Positions 17,251 through 27,397 of a DNA stretch of 40,436 nt are shown one piece after another. The notes below the pieces were generated by a model that saw nothing but the letters and a program-made list of their open reading frames with translations, ran no database searches and was not told the origin of the DNA. The stretch lies in the IMG/VR virus record IMGVR_UViG_2737471852_000004. One strand, given 5' to 3'. Numbering within the stretch: position 1 is the stretch's first letter; every line of letters starts with the position of its first letter. Made by a program: the position numbers and the translations under genes. This DNA comes from a virus. Its lineage: Duplodnaviria > Heunggongvirae > Uroviricota > Caudoviricetes.

Positions 17251-17369
17251 CCCGTGCATATCGGTCACGAACAAATCTGATTACTAAACACAGTAGCCTG
17301 GATTTGTTCTATCAGTAACCGACCATATTCCTAATTAAATAGAGCAAATCCCCTTATTGGGGGGAAGAC

Positions 17370-17693
17370 ATGAAGATGCCAGAAAAACATGACCTGTTGG
17401 CCGCCATTCTCGCGGCAAAGGAACAAGGCATCGGGGCAATCCTTGCGTTTGCAATGGCGTACCTTCGCGGCAGATATAATGGCGGTGCGTTTACAAAAAC
17501 AGTAATCGACGCAACGATGTGCGCCATTATCGCCTGGTTCATTCGTGACCTTCTCGACTTCGCCGGACTAAGTAGCAATCTCGCTTATATAACGAGCGTG
17601 TTCATCGGCTACATCGGTACTGACTCGATTGGTTCGCTTATCAAACGCTTCGCTGCTAAAAAAGCCGGAGTAGAAGATGGTGGAAATCAATAA
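17370..17693 (+). CDS. S: Holin S (lambda class I holin, dual-start motif MKMPEK)
   Basis: 107 aa; essentially lambda S as recalled. Confidence 0.95.
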   Translation: MKMPEKHDLLAAILAAKEQGIGAILAFAMAYLRGRYNGGAFTKTVIDATMCAIIAWFIRDLLDFAGLSSNLAYITSVFIGYIGTDSIGSLIKRFAAKKAGVEDGGNQ

Positions 17694-18153
17694 TCAACGT
17701 AAGGCGTTCCTCGATATGCTGGCGTGGTCGGAGGGAACTGATAACGAACGTCAAAAAACCAGAAATCATGGTTATGACGTCATTGTAGGCGGAGAGCTAT
17801 TCACTGATTACTCCGATCACCCTCGCAAACTTGTCACGCTAAACCCAAAACTCAAATCAACAGCCGCCGGGCGTTACCAGCTTCTTTCCCGTTGGTGGGA
17901 TGCCTATCGTAAGCAGCTTGGCCTGAAAGACTTCTCTCCGAAAAGCCAGGACGCTGTGGCACTGCAACAGATTAAAGAACGTGGCGCTTTACCGATGATT
18001 GATCGCGGTGATATTCGTCAGGCAATTGACCGTTGCAGCAATATCTGGGCTTCACTTCCGGGCGCTGGTTATGGTCAGTTCGAGCATAAGGCTGACAGCC
18101 TGATTGCAAAATTCAAAGAAGCGGGCGGAACGGTCAGAGAGATTGAGGTATGA
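17677..18153 (+). CDS. R: Endolysin R (lambda-type lytic transglycosylase)
   Basis: 158 aa [23 protein letters not shown]...; essentially lambda R as recalled. Confidence 0.95.
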   Translation: MVEINNQRKAFLDMLAWSEGTDNERQKTRNHGYDVIVGGELFTDYSDHPRKLVTLNPKLKSTAAGRYQLLSRWWDAYRKQLGLKDFSPKSQDAVALQQIKERGALPMIDRGDIRQAIDRCSNIWASLPGAGYGQFEHKADSLIAKFKEAGGTVREIEV

Positions 18154-18587
18154 GCAGAGTCACCGCGATTATTTCCGCTCTGGTTATCTGCATCATCGTC
18201 TGCCTGTTATGGGCTGTTAATCATTACCGTGATAACGCCATCGCCTACAAAGAGCAGCGCGACAAAGCCGCATCCATCATCGCTGACATGCAGAAGCGTC
18301 AACGTGACGTAGCAGAACTCGATGCCAGATATACAAAGGAGCTTGCTGATGCTAACGCGACTATCGAAAGTCTCCGTGCTGATGTTTCTGCTGGTCGTAA
18401 GCGCCTGCAAGTCGCCGCCACCTGTGCAAAGTCAACGACCGGAGCCAGCAGCATGGGCGATGGAGAAAGCCCAAGACTTACAGCAGATGCTGAACTCAAT
18501 TATTACCGTCTCCGAAGTGGAATCGACAGGATAACCGCGCAGGTTAACTACCTGCAGGAATACATCAGGACGCAATGCCTGAAATAA
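18150..18587 (+). CDS. Rz: Rz i-spanin
   Basis: 145 aa; N-terminal TM segment then coiled-coil periplasmic domain; N-terminal 40 aa match lambda Rz. Confidence 0.85.
   Translation: MSRVTAIISALVICIIVCLLWAVNHYRDNAIAYKEQRDKAASIIADMQKRQRDVAELDARYTKELADANATIESLRADVSAGRKRLQVAATCAKSTTGASSMGDGESPRLTADAELNYYRLRSGIDRITAQVNYLQEYIRTQCLK
18349..18534 (+). CDS. Rz1: Rz1 o-spanin lipoprotein, embedded in the +1 frame of Rz
   Basis: AAGGAG RBS 7 nt before ATG 18349; lipobox LLVVSAC, Pro-rich mature region. Confidence 0.7.
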   Translation: MLTRLSKVSVLMFLLVVSACKSPPPVQSQRPEPAAWAMEKAQDLQQMLNSIITVSEVESTG

Positions 18588-18619
18588 TTTTTTTGCAAAT
18601 CACAAAGTCCATTTAATGA

Positions 18620-18641
18620 GCCTCGCGATGCGGGGCTTTTT
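18620..18641 (+). terminator. Intrinsic terminator after the lysis cassette (stem GCCTCGC/GCGGGGC, U5)
   Basis: Hairpin plus TTTTT read directly 33 nt after the Rz stop. Confidence 0.5.
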
Positions 18642-18648
18642 GCAATAA

Positions 18649-18673
18649 ATGCGTACCGCAACGCATGTTTTTT
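18649..18673 (+). terminator. Second tandem intrinsic terminator (stem ATGCGT/ACGCAT, loop ACCGCA, U6)
   Basis: Perfect 6-bp stem followed by GTTTTTT. Confidence 0.5.
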
Positions 18674-18788
18674 ACACCGAACCTGCCCCTTTGGAATGGG
18701 CCTTTGAGGATACCAGTTAGTGCTGGCGAGCCTCGGTGGGCTGGTTTCCTATGCGGCAAAGGTTCATTTCAAATGGTAGGTAAACGTT

Positions 18789-19310
18789 ATGAATATCGTG
18801 CCACTTAATTACAAAGGTGAAATTGTCAGTTTCAACACTGATGGTTGGATCAACGTCACAGGTGTTGCTGAGAGATTTGGGAAACGCATTGATAACTGGA
18901 TGCGTTTGGCAGAAACGCTTGAATACGTTCGTGCTTTAGACGAAGCGTTGACCGGGAAAGAATCTCAAATTTTACATCCCTCACAATCGAGGTATGTAAA
19001 AACCAGCAAGGCACGAAAGGACAGGGGTGGTGGTACGTGGCTACACCCAAAACTTTCAGTTGCATTTGCCCGTTGGTGTGATGCTCGTTTTGCTGTGTGG
19101 TGCGACCTGCACATTGATAGTCTGCTTCGCGGTGAACTGACTGAGCAGCAGAAATATGAGCAAGCATGTCGCATTCGCGATGACCGGAAATCAAAAGCCA
19201 GCAATGGGGCAAGAGAGATGGCTCGCTGGCGATGGGATAAGCCGGTTATTGAAGCAAATGTTGAGTACTGGCGCGAGCAACTGCAGTTGACTCTCGATAT
19301 CGCGTGCTGA
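18789..19310 (+). CDS. KilA-N domain protein
   Basis: N-terminal GWINVTGVAERFGKRIDNWMRL...LHPKLSVAFARWCDARFAVWC fits the KilA-N DNA-binding domain. Confidence 0.7.
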   Translation: MNIVPLNYKGEIVSFNTDGWINVTGVAERFGKRIDNWMRLAETLEYVRALDEALTGKESQILHPSQSRYVKTSKARKDRGGGTWLHPKLSVAFARWCDARFAVWCDLHIDSLLRGELTEQQKYEQACRIRDDRKSKASNGAREMARWRWDKPVIEANVEYWREQLQLTLDIAC

Positions 19311-19667
19311 TGGCAAACGCAAAACTGCGTTATCGGAAAAATCAAAGCATTACGAGAACTGAGCAACGGCTATCCATTACAAAGCCCATCTAAGGGTGGG
19401 CTTGATAATGAAACCGGAATTTATTCTTGGCAACCAGTTACGGCAGTACCACGAAACAACCCAAGCCAGTAAGTGGGGAAATAACACTGGCAGCCACTGA
19501 AAGATGAACCTCCTGCCTTATGGCAAAAAAGATTCTTTGTGGTGGCGGACTAATGGAAAGACATCGGTTATTGCAGAGGCCATTCAATGAGTGGTCTCGA
19601 CAATGGCTTATACCCTACACGGGATAACTTAACTGATATCCCTTTTAACGGATAAACGGAGCCAATA

Positions 19668-20165
19668 ATGGCAGAGCTCACAGACAAACAAGAGCTGTTT
19701 TCCCATCCGGATGATGTGTATGTCGGAGAGTGTGTGATTTATACCGGCTACATAAATAAGCGAGGGTATGGGCAGAAGCACATTTCACGAAAGCCGCACT
19801 ACGCACATCGAATCGCATACTGCGAAGCTAACGGAATTTCGCTAGATAGCATCAAGGACCTGGTTGTTAGGCATAAATGCGATAATCCATCATGCGTGAA
19901 TCCTGACCATCTGATTATAGGTACTGTCGCTGACAATAATCGTGACAGGTCAAGGCGAGGCAGAAACTCATACCCTGACCGTTCAGGTGAAAAGAACGGA
20001 ATGGCGAAATTAAAAGAGTGCGATGTCATCTGCATTCGCCGCGAGTATGTGCGCGGGAGTGTAGGTAATGGGCTTAGGTATTTAGCAAAGAGATATGGCG
20101 TATCCACTACCATGATTGCTGACATCGTTAATCATAGAAATTGGAGCAATGTTTCGGAGGTGTGA
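19668..20165 (+). CDS. HNH endonuclease (terminase-associated)
   Basis: HNH motifs HRIAY...RHKCDNPSCVNPDHL...N; immediately upstream of and overlapping the small terminase gene. Confidence 0.8.
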   Translation: MAELTDKQELFSHPDDVYVGECVIYTGYINKRGYGQKHISRKPHYAHRIAYCEANGISLDSIKDLVVRHKCDNPSCVNPDHLIIGTVADNNRDRSRRGRNSYPDRSGEKNGMAKLKECDVICIRREYVRGSVGNGLRYLAKRYGVSTTMIADIVNHRNWSNVSEV

Positions 20166-20721
20166 TTTGAAACAGCTCACACCTAAGCAGGAACTGTTCT
20201 GCAGGGAATATTTAAAAGATTTAAACGCCACTCAGGCAGCTATCAGGGCGGGTTACAGCGAGAAAACTGCTCGCGCCACTGGTAGCGAGAACCTGTCAAA
20301 ACCTGACATAGCAGATCGCATTGCTGAGCTAAAGGCTGAACGCAATGAAGAGGTAGGTATAGACGCTGCCTATGTATTGCGACGGCTGACTGAAATCGAT
20401 CAGATGGACGTGCTGGATATCCTGCTTGCCAATGGCGAACTGAAGCCGATTAAAGACTGGCCTAAGGTGTGGCGTACAACGCTATCAGGAATGGATGTCG
20501 TCGAGATGGCATCAGCAGATAGTGCTGCTCTCCTGAAGAAAATCAAATGGCCTGATAAGGTTAAAAACCTTGAGTTGCTCGGGCGTCATGTTTCTGTTCA
20601 GGCGTTTAAAGACAATGTCAAAAATGAAGTGACTGGTGCTGACGGAGGACCAGTCAGAACAGAAATTACCAACTTAACGCCGGAGCAGGCTGCAGAAGCG
20701 TATAAAAAAATGATGGGCTAA
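20149..20721 (+). CDS. Terminase small subunit
   Basis: N-terminus ...[34 protein letters not shown] is typical of TerS; start ambiguous (ATG 20149 or TTG 20166 with GGAGGT RBS). Confidence 0.7.
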   Translation: MFRRCDLKQLTPKQELFCREYLKDLNATQAAIRAGYSEKTARATGSENLSKPDIADRIAELKAERNEEVGIDAAYVLRRLTEIDQMDVLDILLANGELKPIKDWPKVWRTTLSGMDVVEMASADSAALLKKIKWPDKVKNLELLGRHVSVQAFKDNVKNEVTGADGGPVRTEITNLTPEQAAEAYKKMMG

Positions 20722-20723
20722 GT

Positions 20724-22346
20724 ATGCCGTTACCATTTCCCTTCGATTTTAAACATCCTGATTACCAGATGGTTTTTGAATGGCGGATGGAACGCCTACA
20801 GCGCATTCGCCAGAATCCTGAAATATTGCCTGCACTAAAACAGTTTTACCGAACCAATCCGGCTCAGTTCATCATCGACTGGGGCATGACAACGGACCCG
20901 CGTAATATTGATTATGGCCTGCCGGTGACCATTCCGTTTTTACTCTTCCCTAAGCAGGAGGAGTGGATCCACTGGATTATGGAACGCTGGGGCAATCGGG
21001 AGAATGGTATTACCGAAAAATCCCGTGAAATGGGGCTCAGTTGGACCGCGATCGGACTGGCCTGCTCGCTTTGTCTCTTCAACAAAGAAATGGTTATCGG
21101 TTTCGGCTCCCGTAAAGAGGAATACGTCGACAGCACCGGTGACCCGAAAGCATTGTTCTGGAAGGCACGCAAGTTCGTGGAAACGCTACCTGTAGAGTTT
21201 CGCGGTTCGTGGAGCGAGAAGAAGCACGCGCCATATATGCGTGTTGAGTTTCCCGATACTGGCGCGGTCATCAAAGGCGAGGCTGGCGATAATATTGGCC
21301 GTGGTGACCGTACCACGCTTTATCTGGTTGATGAGGCTGCATTCCTTCAGCGTCCTCTGCTGATTGATGCGGCGTTGTCACAAACGACGCGTTGCCGTAT
21401 TGACCTGAGTTCAGTTAACGGCATGGCGAACCCGTTCGCTCAGAAGCGTCATGGCGGGAAGATACCGGTATTCACATTCCACTGGCGGGATGATCCTCGC
21501 AAGGATGAAGAGTGGTATCGCAGGGAATGCGAGAAAATCGATAATCCGGTGGTGGTGGCACAGGAACTTGATCTGAACTACAGCGCATCAGCGGAAGGCG
21601 TCCTGATCCCATCCGACTGGGTACAGGCTGCTGTCGACGCGCATATCAAGCTGGGCATCCAGCCAACAGGCAAGCGACTGGGCGCGATGGACGTCGCCGA
21701 CGAAGGCCGGGACAAAAACGCCTTTTCGACCCGTCACGGCTTCCTCCTGGAGAACGTGCGGGAATGGTCCGGTGTGGGCAGCGACATTTATCAGTCCGTC
21801 GAGAAGGTTTTCGGCTTTTGCGAACAGGACAACCTCGAAGAGTTTCGCTTTGACGAGGACGGGCTGGGCGCTGGCGTTCGCGGCGATGCACGCGCTATCA
21901 ACGAACTGCGTAACGCTGCGCGCCGACCGTCAATACTCGCCACACCGTTTCGAGGTAGTGGCGCGGTATTTGATCCGGACGACGAAGCGGTGCGCGGTGA
22001 CAACGGACAGGCCGCCCGCCTGAACAAGGACTTCTTCGCTAACGCCAAAGCCCAGAGCTGGTGGCGGTTACGTAAACTTTTTCAGAATACCTGGCGCGCC
22101 GTGGTTGAAGGTATGGATTACAACCCGGACGAAATCATCTCAATCAGCAGTAGCATGGCACTCAAAGATAAACTCATCATCGAGCTTTCGCAGCCGACCT
22201 ATTCCATTAATGGTGTGGGAAAAATCGTTATTGATAAACAGCCTGATGGAACCCGGTCGCCAAACCTTGCCGACTCGGTGATGATCAGCTACGCGCCAAT
22301 GAATTCAGCCCTGAACATCTGGGAGCTGCTAGGGAGACAGGCCTGA
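20724..22346 (+). CDS. Terminase large subunit
   Basis: 540 aa between TerS and portal; Walker-B-like LYLVDEAAF; Walker A not obvious by eye. Confidence 0.8.
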   Translation: MPLPFPFDFKHPDYQMVFEWRMERLQRIRQNPEILPALKQFYRTNPAQFIIDWGMTTDPRNIDYGLPVTIPFLLFPKQEEWIHWIMERWGNRENGITEKSREMGLSWTAIGLACSLCLFNKEMVIGFGSRKEEYVDSTGDPKALFWKARKFVETLPVEFRGSWSEKKHAPYMRVEFPDTGAVIKGEAGDNIGRGDRTTLYLVDEAAFLQRPLLIDAALSQTTRCRIDLSSVNGMANPFAQKRHGGKIPVFTFHWRDDPRKDEEWYRRECEKIDNPVVVAQELDLNYSASAEGVLIPSDWVQAAVDAHIKLGIQPTGKRLGAMDVADEGRDKNAFSTRHGFLLENVREWSGVGSDIYQSVEKVFGFCEQDNLEEFRFDEDGLGAGVRGDARAINELRNAARRPSILATPFRGSGAVFDPDDEAVRGDNGQAARLNKDFFANAKAQSWWRLRKLFQNTWRAVVEGMDYNPDEIISISSSMALKDKLIIELSQPTYSINGVGKIVIDKQPDGTRSPNLADSVMISYAPMNSALNIWELLGRQA

Positions 22347-23812
22347 TGGCACGAAACAAACAAGCCACGCGGCGAACGGCACAGGCCACCGCTGATGGCT
22401 ATGAGAACTTTGTTGCCCGCGTGGGGATGCAGACACCTAACCAGCACTCAGCATCCACCTACCGGGCTAATTTCACCAGTCGTAACCGCATGCTGGTGGA
22501 ATGGTCCTATCGTTCGTCCTGGATTATCGGCGAAGCGGTCGATGCTATCCCGGATGATATGACCCGCAAAGGCATTCGCATCACTTCGGAAATTGATGCA
22601 AAAGATCGTGGCATTCTCGAATCACAACTGGATGAGTTGCAAATCTGGGATGCGCTGAACGACGTGCTGAAATGGTCTCGCCTCTACGGCGGCGCGGTCG
22701 GCTTCATCATGATCGAGGGGCAGGCACCAATGACCCCGCTGCGGCTCGAAACCATTGGAGAAGGCAAGTTTAAGGGCATTCTCCCGCTCGACCGCTGGAT
22801 GATTAACCCGGTCCTGACCCGCCGCATTAAAGAGATGGGGCCAGATCTCGGCAAACCTGAGTTTTACGACGTGGTGACCACTGCAACGGGCATCCCGGCC
22901 TGGCGCATCCATCACAGCCGCCTGATTCGCTTCGACGGGGTGACGCTGCCATTCCAGCAGAAGATGACCGAAAACGAATGGGGAATGTCGGTTGTAGAGC
23001 GTATCTGGGATCGGCTTACTGCGTTCGACAGCGCCACTGTCGGCGCGGCGCAGCTGGTCTACAAAGCGCATTTGCGTACCTACAGCGTGGAGAAGCTACG
23101 CGAGCTTATCGCACTTGGTGGTCCTGCGTATGAAGCGCTGCTGAAGAACATCGACCTGATCCGCCAGTTCCAGAGCAATGAAGGCATGACGCTCATGGAC
23201 TCGCGGGATAAGTTCGAAACCCACCAGTACAGCTTCAGCGGTCTGGATGACATTCTTTCGCAGTTCGCTGAGCAGATCAGCGGTGCCGTTGGTATCCCGC
23301 TGGTGCGACTGTTCGGTCAATCCCCGAAAGGCTTCTCTACTGGTGACGCAGACCTCGCCAACTATTACGACCGGGTGAGCTCATTGCAGGAACGCCGCTT
23401 ACGGATGCCGATGCGTCGGATACTGGACATCATGCATCGTTCGGAGCTTGGCAAGCCGCTGCCGGACGATTTCACGTTTGAGTTTAACCCGCTATGGCAA
23501 ATGTCTGACGTTGACCGCTCAACGGTGGCCGTAAACACCACCACCGCGATCAGTACGGCGCTGGGTGATGGTCTGATGACACTGAAAGCCGCTATGACCG
23601 ATTTGCGCGAAAATTCTGACGTAACCGGCATCGGGGCATCCATTACCGACGAGGACATAGAGAATGCCGAAGACGAAGCGCCGCCAGGCATCGGCGAACT
23701 TGGCGACAAACCGCCAGAGTCTCCAGGCGGAGATCCGATATCGAACGAGCCTACGGCAGATAGCGCGGGCGGTCGGGGATATCGTAAATGGTCGCTACGA
23801 TGGTTCAAATGA
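22346..23812 (+). CDS. Portal protein (Mu gp29 / DUF935-like)
   Basis: 488 aa directly after TerL and before a Mu F-like gene; acidic C-terminus. Confidence 0.75.
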   Translation: MARNKQATRRTAQATADGYENFVARVGMQTPNQHSASTYRANFTSRNRMLVEWSYRSSWIIGEAVDAIPDDMTRKGIRITSEIDAKDRGILESQLDELQIWDALNDVLKWSRLYGGAVGFIMIEGQAPMTPLRLETIGEGKFKGILPLDRWMINPVLTRRIKEMGPDLGKPEFYDVVTTATGIPAWRIHHSRLIRFDGVTLPFQQKMTENEWGMSVVERIWDRLTAFDSATVGAAQLVYKAHLRTYSVEKLRELIALGGPAYEALLKNIDLIRQFQSNEGMTLMDSRDKFETHQYSFSGLDDILSQFAEQISGAVGIPLVRLFGQSPKGFSTGDADLANYYDRVSSLQERRLRMPMRRILDIMHRSELGKPLPDDFTFEFNPLWQMSDVDRSTVAVNTTTAISTALGDGLMTLKAAMTDLRENSDVTGIGASITDEDIENAEDEAPPGIGELGDKPPESPGGDPISNEPTADSAGGRGYRKWSLRWFK

Positions 23813-24437
23813 CAGTGTCACCGAAATAATGGATGCGCTGGAGCGCTACAGCGAAATCATCACCCCCTGGGCGACGAAGGTTGCTGAGAACTTTACCGCC
23901 GACATTGCGCGCCAGAATGAAAAGCAGTGGCGTCAGCACAGCAGGAACATCAGCGCAGAGCTGCGCAACATGGTCGACCGCGCCCCGGTAGGCCAGGTGA
24001 TGAAATCCATCGTCGCCGAGCAAATTAAGTACATCAAGTCACTGCCTCTTGAGGCCGCCGATCGGGTGTATGACATTCAGAACAAGGCCATCGAGGCCGT
24101 TGTGTCTGGTGGCCGCGCTGAGCCATTCGCGAAAGAGATAGCTGCGTCCGGTGACGTGTCACGCTCACGAGCGAACCTTATCGCCCGTACTGAACTTGGA
24201 CGTGCAACCGGCGCGCTGGATCAGGCGCGTGCGCTGTCAATCGGCTCGAATGGTTATATCTGGCGTACAGCCGAAGATGGCGACGTCCGGCATTCTCATC
24301 GGGAGATGGAAGGTAAGTTTGTCGAATGGGGCAAACCTCCAACGCTTGATGGCATGACCGGTCACGCTGGCGAGCTCCCGAATTGTCGCTGTTATAAAGA
24401 AATCGTTTTTCCCAACCCTCATTCTTATCTCGCCTGA
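23664..24437 (+). CDS. Head morphogenesis protein (phage Mu F-like / SPP1 gp7 family)
   Basis: C-terminal motif MEGKFVEWGKPPTLDGMTGHAGELPNCRCY typical of Mu F-like proteins; start uncertain, ATG 23664 overlaps the portal 3' end by 149 nt. Confidence 0.7.
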   Translation: MPKTKRRQASANLATNRQSLQAEIRYRTSLRQIARAVGDIVNGRYDGSNDSVTEIMDALERYSEIITPWATKVAENFTADIARQNEKQWRQHSRNISAELRNMVDRAPVGQVMKSIVAEQIKYIKSLPLEAADRVYDIQNKAIEAVVSGGRAEPFAKEIAASGDVSRSRANLIARTELGRATGALDQARALSIGSNGYIWRTAEDGDVRHSHREMEGKFVEWGKPPTLDGMTGHAGELPNCRCYKEIVFPNPHSYLA

Positions 24438-24451
24438 ATCGCAGGTAAACC

Positions 24452-25672
24452 ATGAAATATTTTTTCAATACCCGGCTGGGGGAAACCCGCTATCAGCTGG
24501 CTGATGGCTCGCTGCTGTGCAAAGACGTGCCGATAGGTCGAACGGGTAAGCAGCTCTACGGCGCTGCCGATCTGCCAAACCTCAAACCCGACAAGCTCGG
24601 TGAGATAGTCGTAACGCGTTCTCCTGAGCAGGTATTCCATCCGGCCACGCTCGCCTCATTCGAAGGGATGAGCATCACGATCCTGCATCCTGAAGATGAA
24701 AACGGGAATGTGCGGCTGGTAAATCCCGAGAACTGGAAAGAGCTTGCTGTCGGGCACCTCCAGAATGTCCGGCGCGGGACGGGTGAGCAGTCTGATTTGA
24801 TGCTGGCTGACCTTATCGTCAAAGACGAAAACGCCATTCAGCTTATCGAAGATGGCCTGCGTGAAGTGTCGTGCGGTTATGACGCGGAGTACGAGCAGAC
24901 CGAGCCAGGTAAAGCCGAGCAGGTCGATATTACCGGAAACCATGTGGCTCTTGTCCCCAAAGGCAGAGCCGGAAATCGTTGTGCAATTGGAGACAGAGAC
25001 ACAATGGCAAATCAAAAGAAAAACTGGTGGAACCGCATGCGTGCAGCCATCAAGACAGGAGATGCCGACACCATGAACGAACTGGTGGAGTCGGCTCCCG
25101 CATCGGTTACAGGAGATGAGGGGGATTTGCCGCAGGGCGTTAATCTCAACATCAACCTGTCCCCGCAGCAACCACTACCGGACAAAGCACCAGAGATGGG
25201 TGGAGGTCCAACCGGCGACAGTGATGATGACCTCAAAACATTACTGAAAGCCCTGCTGGCTAAGCTGGAAGGAAATGCGACGGGCGATAACGATAATAAG
25301 CCTGACGATAATCCGACCGGTGATGGCGAGGATGATGAAGAGGAAACCACGATTACTGGTGACTCAGCCTGGCGTGCCGAAGTTATCGTTCCGGGTATCG
25401 ATCTGAGCCGTAAGATGAAACCGACCGCGTTCAAACGCGAGGTTCTGGCTTCCGCAGATAAAACGCTGGTTCGCCAGATAGTCGGTGATGCGGATATCCG
25501 CAAATTACCGAAACAATCGGTCAACATGGCGTTTAATGCCGTGTCTGAGATTGCCAAAGGGCGAAACACCCGCGCCACCACCGGCGATGCACAGCGCCCA
25601 AACATGGGCATGACCAGCATCGCTTCCCTGAACAAACAAAACGCCGAATTCTGGTCTAACCGCAAAGGATAA
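24452..25672 (+). CDS. Putative capsid scaffold / maturation protein with D/E-rich low-complexity region
   Basis: 406 aa between F-like and capsid genes; acidic segment GDSDDDLKTLLKALLAKLEGNATGDNDNKPDDNPTGDGEDDEEE. Confidence 0.5.
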   Translation: MKYFFNTRLGETRYQLADGSLLCKDVPIGRTGKQLYGAADLPNLKPDKLGEIVVTRSPEQVFHPATLASFEGMSITILHPEDENGNVRLVNPENWKELAVGHLQNVRRGTGEQSDLMLADLIVKDENAIQLIEDGLREVSCGYDAEYEQTEPGKAEQVDITGNHVALVPKGRAGNRCAIGDRDTMANQKKNWWNRMRAAIKTGDADTMNELVESAPASVTGDEGDLPQGVNLNINLSPQQPLPDKAPEMGGGPTGDSDDDLKTLLKALLAKLEGNATGDNDNKPDDNPTGDGEDDEEETTITGDSAWRAEVIVPGIDLSRKMKPTAFKREVLASADKTLVRQIVGDADIRKLPKQSVNMAFNAVSEIAKGRNTRATTGDAQRPNMGMTSIASLNKQNAEFWSNRKG

Positions 25673-25676
25673 TCCA

Positions 25677-26180
25677 ATGACTGCATATCTGTACCGGATG
25701 CCTGTTGGCATTGCCGGGGCTATCTCTCGCCCGCAGGACTTAACCGTCGAACCGGTGGTCCTTAAATCCGATAACGCCTTTGCTGCCTATGGGCTGGCTG
25801 GTAAATACGATGCTGACGGTTTTTTCGTGCCGCTGGCAGATGGTGATACCGCAGACAAGGTGAAGGGGATCTATGTGCGCCCTTATCCGACCACGTCGCA
25901 GCCGGACATGGTTCGCCAGGTGGGGAGTGGCAAGAACTTCCCGGGCGACGCAATGAAGCGTGGCTACGTGACCGTTAATCTCGGTTCTGATTTTGATGCC
26001 AGCACCATCAAAAAAGGCGACCCGGTATACGTTGTCGTCTCCACTGATGCATCCATCAAAGTGCCGCTGGGTGGATTCATGGCCACGTCAGTCAGTGACA
26101 AAAACGTGGTGCTGACCAACGCTGAATTCACAGGTGCCGGTGATGCTAACGGCAATGCAGAAATTTCCTGGAAGATTTAA
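25677..26180 (+). CDS. Putative capsid accessory / decoration protein
   Basis: 167-aa ORF directly upstream of the major capsid gene; assignment by position only. Confidence 0.4.
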   Translation: MTAYLYRMPVGIAGAISRPQDLTVEPVVLKSDNAFAAYGLAGKYDADGFFVPLADGDTADKVKGIYVRPYPTTSQPDMVRQVGSGKNFPGDAMKRGYVTVNLGSDFDASTIKKGDPVYVVVSTDASIKVPLGGFMATSVSDKNVVLTNAEFTGAGDANGNAEISWKI

Positions 26181-26191
26181 GGAACAGACGA

Positions 26192-27133
26192 ATGATTACT
26201 TTTGATCAGGCAACCGTTGACAGCTCTGGTGCCTTTCTCATCGGGGAGCTGGAACGACTAGACCAGACGCTGAACCTGCCACTGGTGGGGTACACCTGGA
26301 CCCGCGATATCCAACTGCGTGAAGATGTCTCCATCGCAGATGACATTTCCAGCTGGACGAATACCAGCTTCGCCGCTGCGGGTACTGGCGCAAATCCGAA
26401 TGGCAAAAACTGGGTAGGCAAAGACTCAACCGCTATTGCTGGCGTGAACGTGGATATCGGCAAATCCGGTAACCCGCTGAACCTGTGGGGGATGGAACTT
26501 GGCTGGACGGTCATAGAATTGCAGGCTGCTCAGCAGGTCGGACGCCCGATCGATACGCAGAAGTATGACGGGATGCAACTGAAATGGCAGATGGATAACG
26601 ATGAACAGGTATATGTTGGCGATTCAGCATTAAACCTGAAAGGCCTTGTTACCCTGGACGGCGTGCCTGTCAACAACGCTGCCAAAACGTGGGCAACCTC
26701 AACACCGGACGAAATCCGCGCAAGCATTAACCAGGTGCTGTCTGATGCGTGGGCCGCTTCCGGTTACTCTGTGGTTCCGAGTGATTTGCTGATCCCACCT
26801 GAGCAGTTTGCTCTGTTGTCCAGCATCATCGTTTCATCTGCGGGTAACCAGTCCCTGTTGACGTACCTTCAGACCAACACCATCAGCTATCACCAGAACG
26901 GTGTTCCGCTGAATATCCGCGCGGTTAAATGGCTGAAAGGCCGTGGTGTGGGGAAAAAGGATCGCATGGTTGCGTACACCAACGATAAAAAATACGTCCG
27001 CTACCCGCTGGTTCCGCTTCAGAGCGTGCCGGTGCAGTATCGCGGTCTGTATCAGATCGTCACTTACTACGGCAAGCTGGGTGCGGTTGAGCCAGTGTAC
27101 AAAGAAACCATTTCGTACGTTGATGGCATTTAA
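26192..27133 (+). CDS. Putative major capsid protein
   Basis: 313 aa; position after scaffold; followed by a strong hairpin. Confidence 0.6.
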   Translation: MITFDQATVDSSGAFLIGELERLDQTLNLPLVGYTWTRDIQLREDVSIADDISSWTNTSFAAAGTGANPNGKNWVGKDSTAIAGVNVDIGKSGNPLNLWGMELGWTVIELQAAQQVGRPIDTQKYDGMQLKWQMDNDEQVYVGDSALNLKGLVTLDGVPVNNAAKTWATSTPDEIRASINQVLSDAWAASGYSVVPSDLLIPPEQFALLSSIIVSSAGNQSLLTYLQTNTISYHQNGVPLNIRAVKWLKGRGVGKKDRMVAYTNDKKYVRYPLVPLQSVPVQYRGLYQIVTYYGKLGAVEPVYKETISYVDGI

Positions 27134-27140
27134 CAGCCAC

Positions 27141-27162
27141 ATGGCCCCCTGGCGGGGGCCAT
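27141..27162 (+). promoter_or_regulatory. Stable GC hairpin after the capsid gene (9-bp perfect stem ATGGCCCCC/GGGGGCCAT, loop TGGC), no U-tract
   Basis: Read directly; possible mRNA-stabilising or attenuating structure. Confidence 0.4.
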
Positions 27163-27175
27163 TAAGGATGACCCG

Positions 27176-27397
27176 ATGGCAAAAAATAATGCAGTAATAC
27201 ACGTACATACCCCGTTTGTGCTCACGCTTCCCGACGGTTCACGGCGCGAGTTTGTTAAAGGCCGTCATGCTGTGGAGGAAGAAGTTGCCACGCACTGGTT
27301 CACTCGTGCGCACGCGGAAGTATCCGTTGGCAAAGCCACAGACGCGCGTAACGAGGTAAAAAATGCCAAAGAATCAAAGTCTGCCAGCGGTAAGTGA
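27176..27397 (+). CDS. Hypothetical virion-module protein (73 aa)
   Basis: ORF with AAGGA RBS; overlaps the next gene by 35 nt. Confidence 0.4.
   Translation: MAKNNAVIHVHTPFVLTLPDGSRREFVKGRHAVEEEVATHWFTRAHAEVSVGKATDARNEVKNAKESKSASGK

Noticed and set aside
25012-25686. 224-aa minus-strand ORF antisense to the scaffold gene (and similar antisense ORFs at 21646-22048, 24656-25171, 31670-32418)
   Set aside because: Antisense to well-supported late genes in GC-rich sequence; Ser/Pro/Arg-rich products typical of antisense artifacts; no independent start signals.
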